Below are positions 16,350 through 25,497 of a stretch of 44,568 bases of DNA, in pieces. The stretch comes from a virus. The notes below the pieces were generated by a model. That model did no database searches and was not told the origin of the DNA. It saw only the letters and a list, made by a program, of their open reading frames with translations. Location of the stretch: UHGV virus genome UHGV-0171754; one strand, given 5' to 3'. How positions within the stretch are numbered: the stretch's first letter is position 1; the number at the start of each line of letters is the position of its first letter. A program made the translations under genes and the position numbers.

Positions 16350-16471
16350 TACACGGCAACCAATGCGACCAGCTAAAAACACTCAAAATGGCAACCAATG
16401 CGCGCAAAATTTAATCTCTTAGCGATATGGGAATTCCCATACCGGCAACCAATGCGCGCAAAATTTAATCT
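16350..16471. repeat. Iteron-like direct repeats (28 bp x2 plus one partial copy) with a 16 bp perfect palindrome between them
   Basis: ggcaaccaatgcgcgcaaaatttaatct at 16390-16417 and 16444-16471, partial copy ggcaaccaatgcg at 16354-16366; palindrome tatgggaattcccata at 16426-16441; the last repeat overlaps the 3' end of the primase gene. Confidence 0.75.
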
Positions 16472-18735
16472 TTCAGGTCGTCATCGGTCGCCGAAAGCGT
16501 GATGGGTATATTCGTTTTGATGACGATATTCGACGACCCATAGATGGCCCCAGTGTGCGGATCTGTATAAAAACCGAGTACGCCGCGCTCGACCATATCG
16601 TCGATTGCCTTCGTCGATGTGCCACCTTTCGCGAGTCCGGCCTGGCGGACAATTGCCGATTTACTGAATCCAGTATGGTCCGGGTTATCTTCCATCAGTT
16701 TTTCCAGGGCCGCATAAAGCACTTTCTCTTTTTCGTTGCGCGGTCCGGCGGTGTTCTCTTCCTTAACCGCGGCCTTGCCTGCTGCCTTCGCCTGTTCTAT
16801 AGCGAACGGTGCCAGGGCAACCGGTACGAGGTAGAGAGTCTCGTCGCGAGGCGTGGAGGCAATCGGCTTGACGTCCCATCCGGCAACCACGTCGCCGAAG
16901 TCTGGCCCAGTGCTGGTGGACTGGTGCGCCTCGAACGCTTCTGACTTGCGGAGATCTACCTTCACCTTGCACTTGAGCAGGACGAAGCCGCGCGGCGCTT
17001 GCTTGATGCCGTTACGTGACTTCTCATGATACAGGTTCAATTGCCCGGGCTGGTTGTCGTCCGGCTGTTCCAGGAAGAACGCTGAATCGACAGCACCATG
17101 CAGCGCGCCGGACCCGCGTGGGGTTCTGCTGCCGTTTGCACCCTTCGCCGGGTGGTGGATGACGCCCGCACTGCCACCTGTATTTTCCGCAATGGCTTTC
17201 AGCGCTTTGACCACTTCACCCATATCGCTGGCGTTGTTCTCGTCAAACGGTTTAGCATCGGCGGACCGCAGCGCAACAGTCTGGTTGAGTGAGTCGAACG
17301 CCACCAGGCCAACAGGTTCACCGTTAGCGGTGCGATTGATGAAGCTGATAACTTCACGCAAGCCGGACTTGCTTGTGATATCCCAGCCGCGTGATTGCAG
17401 GTCGATAATGTGCAGCTTGTCCAGGTCGTGCTCGTATTTAATCTGCAATGCTTCTTTGCGCTGGTTGGAGGCTTCGCCACCTTCCGCGTCGAAATAGAAG
17501 CAATGAGACTGGACGACCTTCGCACCGCCAAACGGAATACCGGCGGCAACCGCGCCCATCTGCCCAAGCACATAGAAAGACTTACCGATATTCGACTCGC
17601 CAGCCATGTACCAGGTCGATTTAAAGTTAATCAACCCCTCGATGATCGGGTCGTGCTTACTGAACAGCGCAACCGGCTCGTTATCCAGATCCGCATCGGT
17701 GCACACGCCGTATTCTTCGCCGTCGCCAACCGCATCAACAATATGTTCATAGCACGACTCCACTTCCTCGTCGTCCAGCCCCGGAAGGATGGCGGCGATT
17801 TGCTTACGGGACATATTGTGTGGCTCGACGTTCAGGTGGTCCGGGATCCCGATAAGACGTAGCGCCAGGTGCTGGTGTCTGTTCAGTTCCGAGCAACACT
17901 CGTTTCCGGTGTGCATACACTTGAAACGGATCTCGCCATCCTTAACCATTATGGCGGTGGACCCTTCGCCGCTGTGCAGATGTTCGTTCGGGCACGGCAC
18001 CTCATAACCACGCCCGGACGACAGTGGTTCGAATCCTGCCTGGAAGCACCAGTCCAGAATGCCGTCCGCCACTTCGTCGTCTCCCTTGGTTAGTTCGCGG
18101 CGTACTTCCTCTTTATCCACCCCCAGCTTATCCGCCAGGCGAAGCAGACGACGGACGCGGGCACGTTTGCCGTAATGACACTTTATTACAGACTGCTGGT
18201 GTGGCAGGTACATCAGGCGGTTTGTGTCTTTCGTGCAATCGTCGAAGTCCACATCTGACAGACCCAGTTGGGCTAACAGGGCATACTGGGCGCGTCCCAG
18301 GTCTTCAGCCGGTACAGGCTTGTCCGTCAACACCAGGAAGCGAGCGCAACGTGTTCCACCTTTCAGTGGGTGACGGTCGCCGGTTGTGGTGTGAAATACG
18401 TGTTCAAGACCCGCGTCAATGAACGCCTTACGGCAGCGGCGTAGGGTGCGGGTGTCGGTGCGGTCAATATCGAAGAACAGGATCGAGCGGTCCACCGCAC
18501 TGGTCTTACGACGCAATCCGTCACTGGTATACGCCACGATGCCGTCGGCCTTACGCTTGCGGCGCGCATACTCGGCTTTATCTTCCGTCTTGTTGATATG
18601 CACCGAGGAGATTTCTTTCGCATCATTGATAAATTCGAAAAACTCTTCGGTAGTCATCTGGAAGTTTTCCGCCCTGGCTTTTTCGCCTTTTTTAGCGGGT
18701 CTTGTTACGGCGAATTTAATTAAACTCATGGTCAT
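16465..18735 (-). CDS. DNA primase/helicase (N-terminal primase-like domain, Cys cluster, C-terminal RecA-like P-loop ATPase)
   Basis: 756 aa; Walker A AGESNIGKS; Cys cluster CPNEHLHSGEGSTAIMVKDGEIRFKCMHTGNEC. Confidence 0.7.
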   Translation of the reverse strand: MTMSLIKFAVTRPAKKGEKARAENFQMTTEEFFEFINDAKEISSVHINKTEDKAEYARRKRKADGIVAYTSDGLRRKTSAVDRSILFFDIDRTDTRTLRRCRKAFIDAGLEHVFHTTTGDRHPLKGGTRCARFLVLTDKPVPAEDLGRAQYALLAQLGLSDVDFDDCTKDTNRLMYLPHQQSVIKCHYGKRARVRRLLRLADKLGVDKEEVRRELTKGDDEVADGILDWCFQAGFEPLSSGRGYEVPCPNEHLHSGEGSTAIMVKDGEIRFKCMHTGNECCSELNRHQHLALRLIGIPDHLNVEPHNMSRKQIAAILPGLDDEEVESCYEHIVDAVGDGEEYGVCTDADLDNEPVALFSKHDPIIEGLINFKSTWYMAGESNIGKSFYVLGQMGAVAAGIPFGGAKVVQSHCFYFDAEGGEASNQRKEALQIKYEHDLDKLHIIDLQSRGWDITSKSGLREVISFINRTANGEPVGLVAFDSLNQTVALRSADAKPFDENNASDMGEVVKALKAIAENTGGSAGVIHHPAKGANGSRTPRGSGALHGAVDSAFFLEQPDDNQPGQLNLYHEKSRNGIKQAPRGFVLLKCKVKVDLRKSEAFEAHQSTSTGPDFGDVVAGWDVKPIASTPRDETLYLVPVALAPFAIEQAKAAGKAAVKEENTAGPRNEKEKVLYAALEKLMEDNPDHTGFSKSAIVRQAGLAKGGTSTKAIDDMVERGVLGFYTDPHTGAIYGSSNIVIKTNIPITLSATDDDLKD

Positions 18736-18739
18736 AGCC

Positions 18740-19069
18740 TTATTTGGAAGTTTTATTATTGCGTACCCAGGAGCGCACTGTGCTCTGATTAATTCCGGTC
18801 AACTCGGCAATCATCGCCCAAGATTTGCCCTCGGCGCGCAAACGGATAACCTGTTTTTTGTATTCTTCCATTTCTTCATTGTGCTTCTGCAGCTTGCTCG
18901 CCGCCGTACCGTTGAGCAATTCCAGCCTGGCGCGCAATTCTTTTTCGGTAAGTCGCAGACGTTCGATTTCAAATAGCACCGCACCCACGGCATCGGTATA
19001 CGCCCATGACCGGCTTGTCTCACTGCAAACAGTCTTCGTTAACATTTCGATTGCGTCGTTTACATTCAT
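18740..19069 (-). CDS. Transcriptional regulator with C-terminal HTH
   Basis: 109 aa; GAGGG RBS; C-terminal GKSWAMIAELTGINQSTVRSWV is helix-turn-helix-like; coiled-coil centre. Confidence 0.55.
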   Translation of the reverse strand: MNVNDAIEMLTKTVCSETSRSWAYTDAVGAVLFEIERLRLTEKELRARLELLNGTAASKLQKHNEEMEEYKKQVIRLRAEGKSWAMIAELTGINQSTVRSWVRNNKTSK

Positions 19070-19083
19070 TGCTCTGCCCTCAG

Positions 19084-19129
19084 TTGGTTAATGACCAACG
19101 AAACTACACCTAAAACCGCAAGGTGTCAA
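19084..19129 (-). promoter_or_regulatory. Leftward early promoter (TTGACA-17-TAGTTT) with TTGGT-N5-ACCAA operator in the leader
   Basis: -35 = rc of 19124-19129, -10 = rc of 19101-19106, palindrome ttggttaatgaccaa at 19084-19098 between -10 and RBS. Confidence 0.45.
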
Positions 19130-19198
19130 ATCCTTTGGATATTGAAACGGGCACGCACGCGTGTAATAATAATTCCCGTCTCATTGTCTCTTATTGGT

Positions 19199-19234
19199 TA
19201 GCGCCGTCGCATTTTGCTTCGGCGCTTTTTTTTT
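19199..19234 (+). terminator. Strong intrinsic terminator with no upstream + strand gene
   Basis: Stem gcgccg/cggcgc, 13 nt loop, followed by T10; lies in the divergent early control region. Confidence 0.6.
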
Positions 19235-19245
19235 TAAATTAGTTG

Positions 19246-19275
19246 TTGACACCCATCCTGCAACCAATCTATTAT
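19246..19275 (+). promoter_or_regulatory. Rightward early promoter (TTGACA-18-TATTAT) with GCAACCAA octamer in the spacer
   Basis: -35 at 19246-19251, -10 at 19270-19275, octamer at 19260-19267; about 195 nt leader before first ATG. Confidence 0.5.
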
Positions 19276-19471
19276 TCACCCCGTCGACAGGATGCAGGAC
19301 GCAAACTGGAGAGGGGCAACGCAGGGGCCGGATCGAAGTGTCAGGATTCCCAACCGTGATTATATAACCTGGTCCACTACCCGAAAGGGAGAACGCGCAA
19401 CCAGGCAATATGTTAAGGCCACCGACGAAGTTAACTGCCGACACCTAAACTTAACCAATCGGAGATATACC

Positions 19472-20011
19472 ATGTTTGAGCAAATCGGAAACCTGATCAC
19501 TCGCGGCGTAGTAGCACTGGAAATCATCGCTAAGCATTATGAAACCGTTGGCGCTGCCGTAGACCCAAAAGCAAACGGCACCGCTAAGAAAGGCAAGGCC
19601 AAGCCGGAGACTGAAGTCGAAGACGACGATCAGGACGAAGTCGAAGATACGCCTAAAACGAAAAAAGGCGCGGCAAGAGAAACCAAGTCTAAAGGTAAGG
19701 CCAAAAAAGAAGTCGTAGAAGATGACGACGACGATGACGCCGATGACGTGAAACCAGCGAAGGGTAAAAAAGCACCGGCGAAAGGCAAAGGCAAGAAAGA
19801 TGCCGATCCGCTGGCAGAGATGCGCGACGAAATCAAACAGTATGCCGCGATTATCGCCGGTGGTGATGACGACGATGCTAACGACGAATTTGATGACCTG
19901 CTGGAAGCGTTCGAGATCAAATCGATCGCTAAACTGGAAGATGACGACGTAGAAGACTTCCACAAAGACCTGAAAGAAATCGTCGAAACCTATTTCGAAC
20001 TGGAAGACTAA
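19472..20011 (+). CDS. Highly charged low-complexity protein (acidic runs alternating with Lys-rich stretches), first gene of rightward early operon
   Basis: 179 aa from ATG (MFEQIGNLITRG) with GGAGA RBS; segments EVEDDDQDEVEDT, VVEDDDDDDADDV, KPAKGKKAPAKGKGKK, GGDDDDANDEFDD; terminator follows. Confidence 0.65.
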   Translation: MFEQIGNLITRGVVALEIIAKHYETVGAAVDPKANGTAKKGKAKPETEVEDDDQDEVEDTPKTKKGAARETKSKGKAKKEVVEDDDDDDADDVKPAKGKKAPAKGKGKKDADPLAEMRDEIKQYAAIIAGGDDDDANDEFDDLLEAFEIKSIAKLEDDDVEDFHKDLKEIVETYFELED

Positions 20012-20017
20012 TATTAT

Positions 20018-20047
20018 CCGGCCCGCTAATCTGCGGGCCTATTTTTA
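20018..20047 (+). terminator. Intrinsic terminator or attenuator
   Basis: Stem gcccgc/gcgggc with 6 nt loop, then ctattttt. Confidence 0.55.
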
Positions 20048-20059
20048 GAGGACGAGACA

Positions 20060-20311
20060 ATGGCACGCTTCACGCTAATCGAGGCGGTGGATTCCCGCGA
20101 CCAGCGCCCGTACTATTGGCTATTCGAACGCATCGGCAGCTTTCAGTCACGCGTTGCCGTAATAGATAAACGCCGTAACACCCCCGCGCAAATTAAGCGC
20201 ACCACCTTTACTAACCCCGACTTTTATATTTGGGCGGATTCCAATCTGGAATATGTTCGCTTCGCAGTTGCATCCGAAGCAAAAACAATTGACCGCTGGG
20301 AGACAAAATAA
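20060..20311 (+). CDS. Small hypothetical protein (83 aa)
   Basis: GAGGA RBS 7 nt before ATG. Confidence 0.5.
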   Translation: MARFTLIEAVDSRDQRPYYWLFERIGSFQSRVAVIDKRRNTPAQIKRTTFTNPDFYIWADSNLEYVRFAVASEAKTIDRWETK

Positions 20312-20500
20312 ATGGCTATATTCTTTGTTTTATTTCGTTGCCGTATTACCGGCGACGAGCAACCGGAAATTGTTATGAATCAAAACTGGAATTGCTGCTG
20401 GATGCAAGCCCGAGGACTGGCGGCTACCATGAACAATGCCGCTAAGCGGGCCAATGTTGAACATGATTATTACATTGCTCAGTTTTCAAGGGTGGAATAA
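20312..20500 (+). CDS. Small hypothetical protein (62 aa)
   Basis: ATG directly after upstream stop; weak RBS; Cys/Trp-rich. Confidence 0.3.
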   Translation: MAIFFVLFRCRITGDEQPEIVMNQNWNCCWMQARGLAATMNNAAKRANVEHDYYIAQFSRVE

Positions 20501-21930
20501 TGGCGATTAAACCAAAACGTAAAACGCAATCCGGTAGCAATACGGAACACTCATTACTTGGGCCATCCGGTGCTAAAAAGTGGATGGGTTGCCCTGCTGC
20601 CCTGGTGGTGGAAAAAGATATCCCGAACGAATCCGGGCAGGCCGCGATTAACGGTACGAGTATGCACACCGTATCTGAGGTGGTGCTAAACCGCATTATC
20701 GCCGGTGAGAAGCAGATAACCGCGAAGACGTATAAAGGGTGCTACGTCGAGAACGAAGGCAAGGGGCCAGTAAAGGCACACCCGAAAGCGCCGAAAGGCG
20801 GCGTGCTGGTCAACGACGATATGGTTAAACAGTGCGACGCGTACATCGACCACTGGCGACCGCTCCTCGAAGTGGCGGAGTTTGTTCAGCTTGAGATGCG
20901 CGCCGATCTCACCCGCGTCCTACACTCTGGCTTCGAGATCGACGGCAACCGGGTTAAGACGTTCGGCACTGCGGATATGGTCATGGTCATGAAGAAGACC
21001 GACGGCACGTACATGCTGATTGTTGGCGACCTGAAGACGGGGCGGCATAAGGTCGAGGCGAAAGAAAACAAACAGCTTATGCTGTATGCGCTCGGCCTGC
21101 TGCGCAAGCTGCAATCCATGTACGACATCACGACCGTGCGCCTGGTTATCTTCCAGCCATATTGCGGCGGGGCGTCGGAGTGGGATATTTCGGTAGAAGC
21201 CCTGGAGATATTCGCGAAGTTTGCGTCCAAGCGTGCTATCGCCGCCCTGGAAGCGTACGCCCGCGGCAAGAAGGGACTAACCCGCGCGGACTTCCGGCCC
21301 AGCGTCGATGCGTGCCAGTGGTGTCGATTTGCGGATCAGTGTAGTGCCCGCGCTAAGGCCGCAATCGACACGATGACCCCACCGACGGCAACCGACGAAG
21401 ACCTGGGCGACGACGTGAGTATTGCGACAGAGGAAGAATGCGCCAACCATGCCCGCAATATGGCCCGCGAAGCCCGGAAGGCGGCTCGACGCGCGAAGCG
21501 TGGTAAGAAAGAAGCAGCCCCCGGTGCTATGAGCGCTGCGGAACTGCGCAAGGCTTATGAAGGCCTGGACGCAATGCGCCAGCACATCAAGGCTATCGAG
21601 TCCGCGGTATTCAAGGCGGTCATGGCTGGCGATGGCGAATCGCTGGGCCTCAAGATGGTTGCCGGTAGGGAAGGGGTCCGTAAGTGGGCGGACGAGAGCG
21701 AAGTGATTGAAATCTTCACGAAGGCCCGGATCAAGCGCGATGTGATGTACAAAGAAACATTGCTCAGTCCTACGGATGCCGAGAAGGTATTGAAGGACGA
21801 GAAGCCGAAAGTGTGGGCTAAATTATGTAATAAAATCACGCGCGCACCGGCTAAACCGGTATTAGCACCCATCGACGACCCGCGCCCTGCGTGGTCGGAG
21901 GCCACTGACGAGGACTTAAGCAATGAATAA
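20500..21930 (+). CDS. PD-(D/E)XK nuclease of the Cas4/RecB-like class (resembles DUF2800) with C-terminal Cys cluster
   Basis: 476 aa; motifs GTADMVMV, VGDLKTGRH, QLMLYALG and CQWCRFADQC; start overlaps upstream stop (TAATG). Confidence 0.7.
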   Translation: MAIKPKRKTQSGSNTEHSLLGPSGAKKWMGCPAALVVEKDIPNESGQAAINGTSMHTVSEVVLNRIIAGEKQITAKTYKGCYVENEGKGPVKAHPKAPKGGVLVNDDMVKQCDAYIDHWRPLLEVAEFVQLEMRADLTRVLHSGFEIDGNRVKTFGTADMVMVMKKTDGTYMLIVGDLKTGRHKVEAKENKQLMLYALGLLRKLQSMYDITTVRLVIFQPYCGGASEWDISVEALEIFAKFASKRAIAALEAYARGKKGLTRADFRPSVDACQWCRFADQCSARAKAAIDTMTPPTATDEDLGDDVSIATEEECANHARNMAREARKAARRAKRGKKEAAPGAMSAAELRKAYEGLDAMRQHIKAIESAVFKAVMAGDGESLGLKMVAGREGVRKWADESEVIEIFTKARIKRDVMYKETLLSPTDAEKVLKDEKPKVWAKLCNKITRAPAKPVLAPIDDPRPAWSEATDEDLSNE

Positions 21931-22105
21931 AGTATTTGCGATCTTATTGATGTTTTTGCTCGGCGCGCTGGGCTTTATCCTGCATTGCGTGCAAGGCGTG
22001 TTAATGGTGGCGTGGATTGCGAGACATGGCGACCGACCGCCGTTAAGCTGGGTCGAGAACACCATCTACTATGTGACCAGAAATCTTTTTAATGAAAATG
22101 CTTGA
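21923..22105 (+). CDS. Small membrane protein (60 aa)
   Basis: Hydrophobic N-terminus (VFAILLMFLLGALGFIL); GAGGA RBS; overlaps upstream stop. Confidence 0.4.
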   Translation: MNKVFAILLMFLLGALGFILHCVQGVLMVAWIARHGDRPPLSWVENTIYYVTRNLFNENA

Positions 22106-22137
22106 CCGCTTAGGCGCAACCAAGTAGATTAGCAACC
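22102..22137 (+). promoter_or_regulatory. Candidate promoter (TTGACC-17-TAGATT) with two GCAACCAA octamers
   Basis: -35 at 22102-22107, -10 at 22125-22130, octamers at 22116-22123 and 22130-22137. Confidence 0.4.
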
Positions 22138-22195
22138 AAGCCGAACGGGGTGGCTCATAATAACCCCGATACATGTGAGAATGAGGAATTGGAAA

Positions 22196-22912
22196 ATGGC
22201 TAAAGTCAACCTGAAAAATGTGCGCGTATGTTTCCTTAAAATTTGGGAACGTGATACCCCTAAACAGGATGGACAAAAACCGGCATACCGTGCAGTGATT
22301 CTTCTTGATAAAGAAGATCCGCAGGTGGACAAAGTGGAAGCGGCAGCGCGCGCAGTGCTCACCGACAAGCTGAAATCCGAGAAGAATGCTGATAAGTGGA
22401 TGGACCGCCACTACGCCCAGGATTCTAAGGAATGCGCAGTCCGCGACGGTGACGAGCGCGACGAAGTAACCGAAGAATTCGAAGGCATGTTGTACATCAA
22501 CGCTAAATCGTTCAAACAGCCAAACATTCAAACGTCACTCGGCGAGAAGCAGACTGAACAAGGTCTGACCGTAGAAGGCGACGAGATCGAAGGCCAGGAG
22601 ATCTACTCCGGTTGTTATTGCAACGTGTCCCTGGATATTTGGGCGTGGAACAATACCAACGGCAAGGGACTCGGTGCCGGTCTTTTGGGTCTGCGCTTCC
22701 GCGATGACGGCGAAGCCTTCGGCGGTGGCGGATCTTCTTGCTCCGACGAAGACCTGGGCGACGACGACGAAGATGAAGTGCCACGCAAGTCCAAAAAGTC
22801 AAAACGTCGTGATGACGATGACGAAGATGAAAAACCTCGTAAACGTCGTAAGCCACGCGATGACGAAGATGATGACGACGACGAAGCGCCACGTAAACGT
22901 CGCCGCCGTTAA
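22196..22912 (+). CDS. Putative ssDNA-binding protein (resembles DUF2815) with charged low-complexity C-terminal tail
   Basis: 238 aa from ATG (MAKVNLKNVRVCF) with GAGGA RBS; lies between the Cas4-like nuclease and DNA polymerase; tail DDDEDEVPRKSKKSKRRDDDDEDEKPRKRRKPRDDEDDDDDEAPRKRRRR. Confidence 0.55.
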   Translation: MAKVNLKNVRVCFLKIWERDTPKQDGQKPAYRAVILLDKEDPQVDKVEAAARAVLTDKLKSEKNADKWMDRHYAQDSKECAVRDGDERDEVTEEFEGMLYINAKSFKQPNIQTSLGEKQTEQGLTVEGDEIEGQEIYSGCYCNVSLDIWAWNNTNGKGLGAGLLGLRFRDDGEAFGGGGSSCSDEDLGDDDEDEVPRKSKKSKRRDDDDEDEKPRKRRKPRDDEDDDDDEAPRKRRRR

Positions 22913-22930
22913 GGGCAAAGCCCACTATTC

Positions 22931-22957
22931 AAGCCCGCTTAATGCGGGCTTTTTAAT
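22931..22957 (+). terminator. Intrinsic terminator or attenuator
   Basis: Stem agcccgc/gcgggct with 5 nt loop, then ttttaat. Confidence 0.6.
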
Positions 22958-22970
22958 AGGACAATGAAAA

Positions 22971-23141
22971 ATGCGCATTAAAGCCAGCGAAGTAAAAGTC
23001 GGAATGCAGGTATGGTCTAAATTGCTGGGCGAGTATTTCACCGTTGCCGAGATTCGCAACAACGGCGAGGAGATAACCCTTTCCGACGGTATCTTCTCCA
23101 TGTTCGGCAGCGCTGACGCCGTAGTGAGGATTAAGCAATGA
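22971..23141 (+). CDS. Small hypothetical protein (56 aa)
   Basis: MRIKASEVKVGMQVWSKLLGEYFTVAEIRNNGEEITLSDGIFSMFGSADAVVRIKQ; AGGA RBS; stop overlaps polymerase ATG (ATGA); below track threshold. Confidence 0.4.
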   Translation: MRIKASEVKVGMQVWSKLLGEYFTVAEIRNNGEEITLSDGIFSMFGSADAVVRIKQ

Positions 23142-25429
23142 AAGACTTCGAACGCCTTTTTCTCGATACCGAGACATTTAGCGGGGTGGACCTGAAGAAA
23201 GTGGGCGCATACGCCTACGCAGAGCACCCAACAACCGAGATTATGATTTGCACCTACGCCATCGACGAGGGCCGCGTGCAGACATGGGATTGCACAGAGT
23301 CCCCAACAATGCCGCGTGAACTGCGCAAGGCGCTCCGCAGGGTATCCCGCAAGAAAGCAAAAATAGTGATGGCTAACGGCCTCCTGTTTGACCGCCTGGT
23401 CATTCGCGAGAAGTGGGGCATTGACCTGCCAGTGTGCCAGATCGAAGACACCATGATTATGGCCTTTCGACACGCGCTGCCGGGTGGCCTCGATATGCAG
23501 TGCCAGGTGTTGGGCGTTGACGCAGAGCACGCGAAGGATAAGGCGGGCAAGGCGCTGATCAAACGATTCTGTAAGCCAACCCCTAAGACCTACAAAATCC
23601 GCCGCTACACGCGCGAGACGCACCCCGAGGAGTGGGCTAAATTCCTGCGCTATGCCGCGTTGGATATCATCGCTATGAGGGAAGTCTATTGGCGCATACC
23701 GGACTGGGGCAACACGCCGAAGGAAGACGAAATCCTGCTTATTGACCAGTTGATCAATGACCGCGGCTTCTATGTGGACGTTGACCTGGCGAACGCCGCG
23801 ATCAAAGCGGTGCAGGCGCATAAGGAAGAATTGAAGGAAGAAGCCTGGGAGCGCTTCGGCGGTAAGCTGACCGGCAATGACTTCTTGCCCGCGCTGCGCG
23901 ACCTCGCGCCTGCGTTCACGATCCACAACGCGCAGAAATCCACGCTTAACGACCTGCTTGAAGATCCAGACTTCCCTGACGAGGGCAAAGTGCTTATCGA
24001 GATGCGCCTCGGGGCATCATCAACGGCGTCGACTAAGTACAATCCGCTCGTAAATGGGCTGTCTGCCGATGGTCGCCGCCGTGGTTGTCTTCAGTATGGT
24101 GGGGCAAAGCGCACGCTACGCTGGGCCGGTAAGGGCTTCCAGCCGCAAAACCTGGCACGCGGCGAGTATAGCGACGACCACGAAGGGAAGATTAAGCGCC
24201 GTGAAGGCGAGAGCGACGTCGCGTTTTGGGTGCGGTCGCACATGCTTACCAACGGCATCAACTCCCTGTTACGCGGGACCGCACACTGGGCGTATGACAT
24301 ATCGAAGTTAACAGCCTCGACCGTTCGCGGGTGCATTATTCCGGCTAAGGGAAAGAAGTTTGTCGTAGCGGACTATTCTAACGTGGAAGGGCGTGGCCTC
24401 GCCTGGATCGCTGGCGAGAAAACCGCGCTAATGGTGTTTAGGGCGGGTCGCGATATTTATTGTGAAACTGCCGGTAAGATGTTTGGCCTCGACCCGGAAT
24501 ACATTAAAGCCAACCGCAAAGACTTACGCCAGATCGGTAAGGCGTGCGAATTGGGACTAGGCTATGGCGGCGGCGTTGCGGCGTTCTTGCAGTTCGCTAA
24601 AAACCTGGGCCTCGACCTTTACGCGATGGCTGACGTGATGAAGGGCACATTCCCAGACCACATATGGGCGGCGGCGAAACGTGGTTATGAGTACGCCCGA
24701 ATCAACGAAGCGAAGCGCCCGCCGAAGCCTGGCAAGAAGGACGAGCGCCCAACTTATATACTGCCGAAAAACGTGTGGTTGACGTGTGACGCGATCAAAC
24801 GTATGTGGCGTGAGGCCCACCCGAAGACGGTAGCCTTTTGGGCCGAACTGGAAGACGCGGTGTTGTGTGCAATCCGCAATCCAGGCAAAGCGTACTGGGC
24901 TGGCGCGAACGTTCGCCCGGATGGCAGGAAAGCGCTTAAGATTGTTCGCACGAAGGCGAAGCATGACCCAACCTTCGACGAGGAGCGCGACGACCCGAAC
25001 GCGGCGGGGTGGTGGCTTAAAATTGAGTTGCCGTCAGGGCGCATCATGAGTTATCCGGGCATCGCGCTGTCTGTCACTACCGAGATCGACGAAGATACTG
25101 GCAAGAAACGCACCAGCACCCGCATTAAATACCAGGGCGAGAATCAGACGACGCGCCAGTGGGGCTTCCAGTATACCTACGGCGGCAAACTGACGGAAAA
25201 CATCGTGCAGGCGCTGTGTCGCGATATCCTCGCATGGTCCATGCCTGGCGTTGAATCCGCGGGATACGAGATCGTCCTGTCAGTGCACGATGAATTGATC
25301 ACCGAAGTTCCGGATACTGACGACTACACGACCGAGGAGCTATGCGCGCTGATGTGCGACCTGCCTATTTGGGCGAAAGGGTTCCCACTTGCCGCCGAAG
25401 GCGATTGTATGTATCGCTACCGCAAGTAG
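23138..25429 (+). CDS. Family A DNA polymerase with 3'-5' exonuclease domain
   Basis: 763 aa; exo motif FLDTETFSG; polymerase motif A DYSNVEGRGLAWIAGE, motif B RQIGKACELGLGYGGG, motif C SVHDELITEV. Confidence 0.9.
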   Translation: MKDFERLFLDTETFSGVDLKKVGAYAYAEHPTTEIMICTYAIDEGRVQTWDCTESPTMPRELRKALRRVSRKKAKIVMANGLLFDRLVIREKWGIDLPVCQIEDTMIMAFRHALPGGLDMQCQVLGVDAEHAKDKAGKALIKRFCKPTPKTYKIRRYTRETHPEEWAKFLRYAALDIIAMREVYWRIPDWGNTPKEDEILLIDQLINDRGFYVDVDLANAAIKAVQAHKEELKEEAWERFGGKLTGNDFLPALRDLAPAFTIHNAQKSTLNDLLEDPDFPDEGKVLIEMRLGASSTASTKYNPLVNGLSADGRRRGCLQYGGAKRTLRWAGKGFQPQNLARGEYSDDHEGKIKRREGESDVAFWVRSHMLTNGINSLLRGTAHWAYDISKLTASTVRGCIIPAKGKKFVVADYSNVEGRGLAWIAGEKTALMVFRAGRDIYCETAGKMFGLDPEYIKANRKDLRQIGKACELGLGYGGGVAAFLQFAKNLGLDLYAMADVMKGTFPDHIWAAAKRGYEYARINEAKRPPKPGKKDERPTYILPKNVWLTCDAIKRMWREAHPKTVAFWAELEDAVLCAIRNPGKAYWAGANVRPDGRKALKIVRTKAKHDPTFDEERDDPNAAGWWLKIELPSGRIMSYPGIALSVTTEIDEDTGKKRTSTRIKYQGENQTTRQWGFQYTYGGKLTENIVQALCRDILAWSMPGVESAGYEIVLSVHDELITEVPDTDDYTTEELCALMCDLPIWAKGFPLAAEGDCMYRYRK

Positions 25430-25497
25430 CGGAAATGTTGCTTTTAGCGGAAACGTCGGGCAATATTGTCTGGCGTTTTCTTTTTCGGGGGTGTATA

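Noticed and set aside
16120-16422. 100 aa + strand ORF spanning element B
   Set aside because: Runs through the hairpin and GTCCCGC array; composition is dictated by the repeats and there is no RBS.
19181-19444. 87 aa minus-strand ORF in the divergent early control region
   Set aside because: Overlaps the terminator and both early promoters; no RBS; region better explained as regulatory.
22043-22531. 162 aa minus-strand ORF opposite the SSB-like gene
   Set aside because: Antisense to a + strand gene with strong RBS and promoter; no translation signals of its own.
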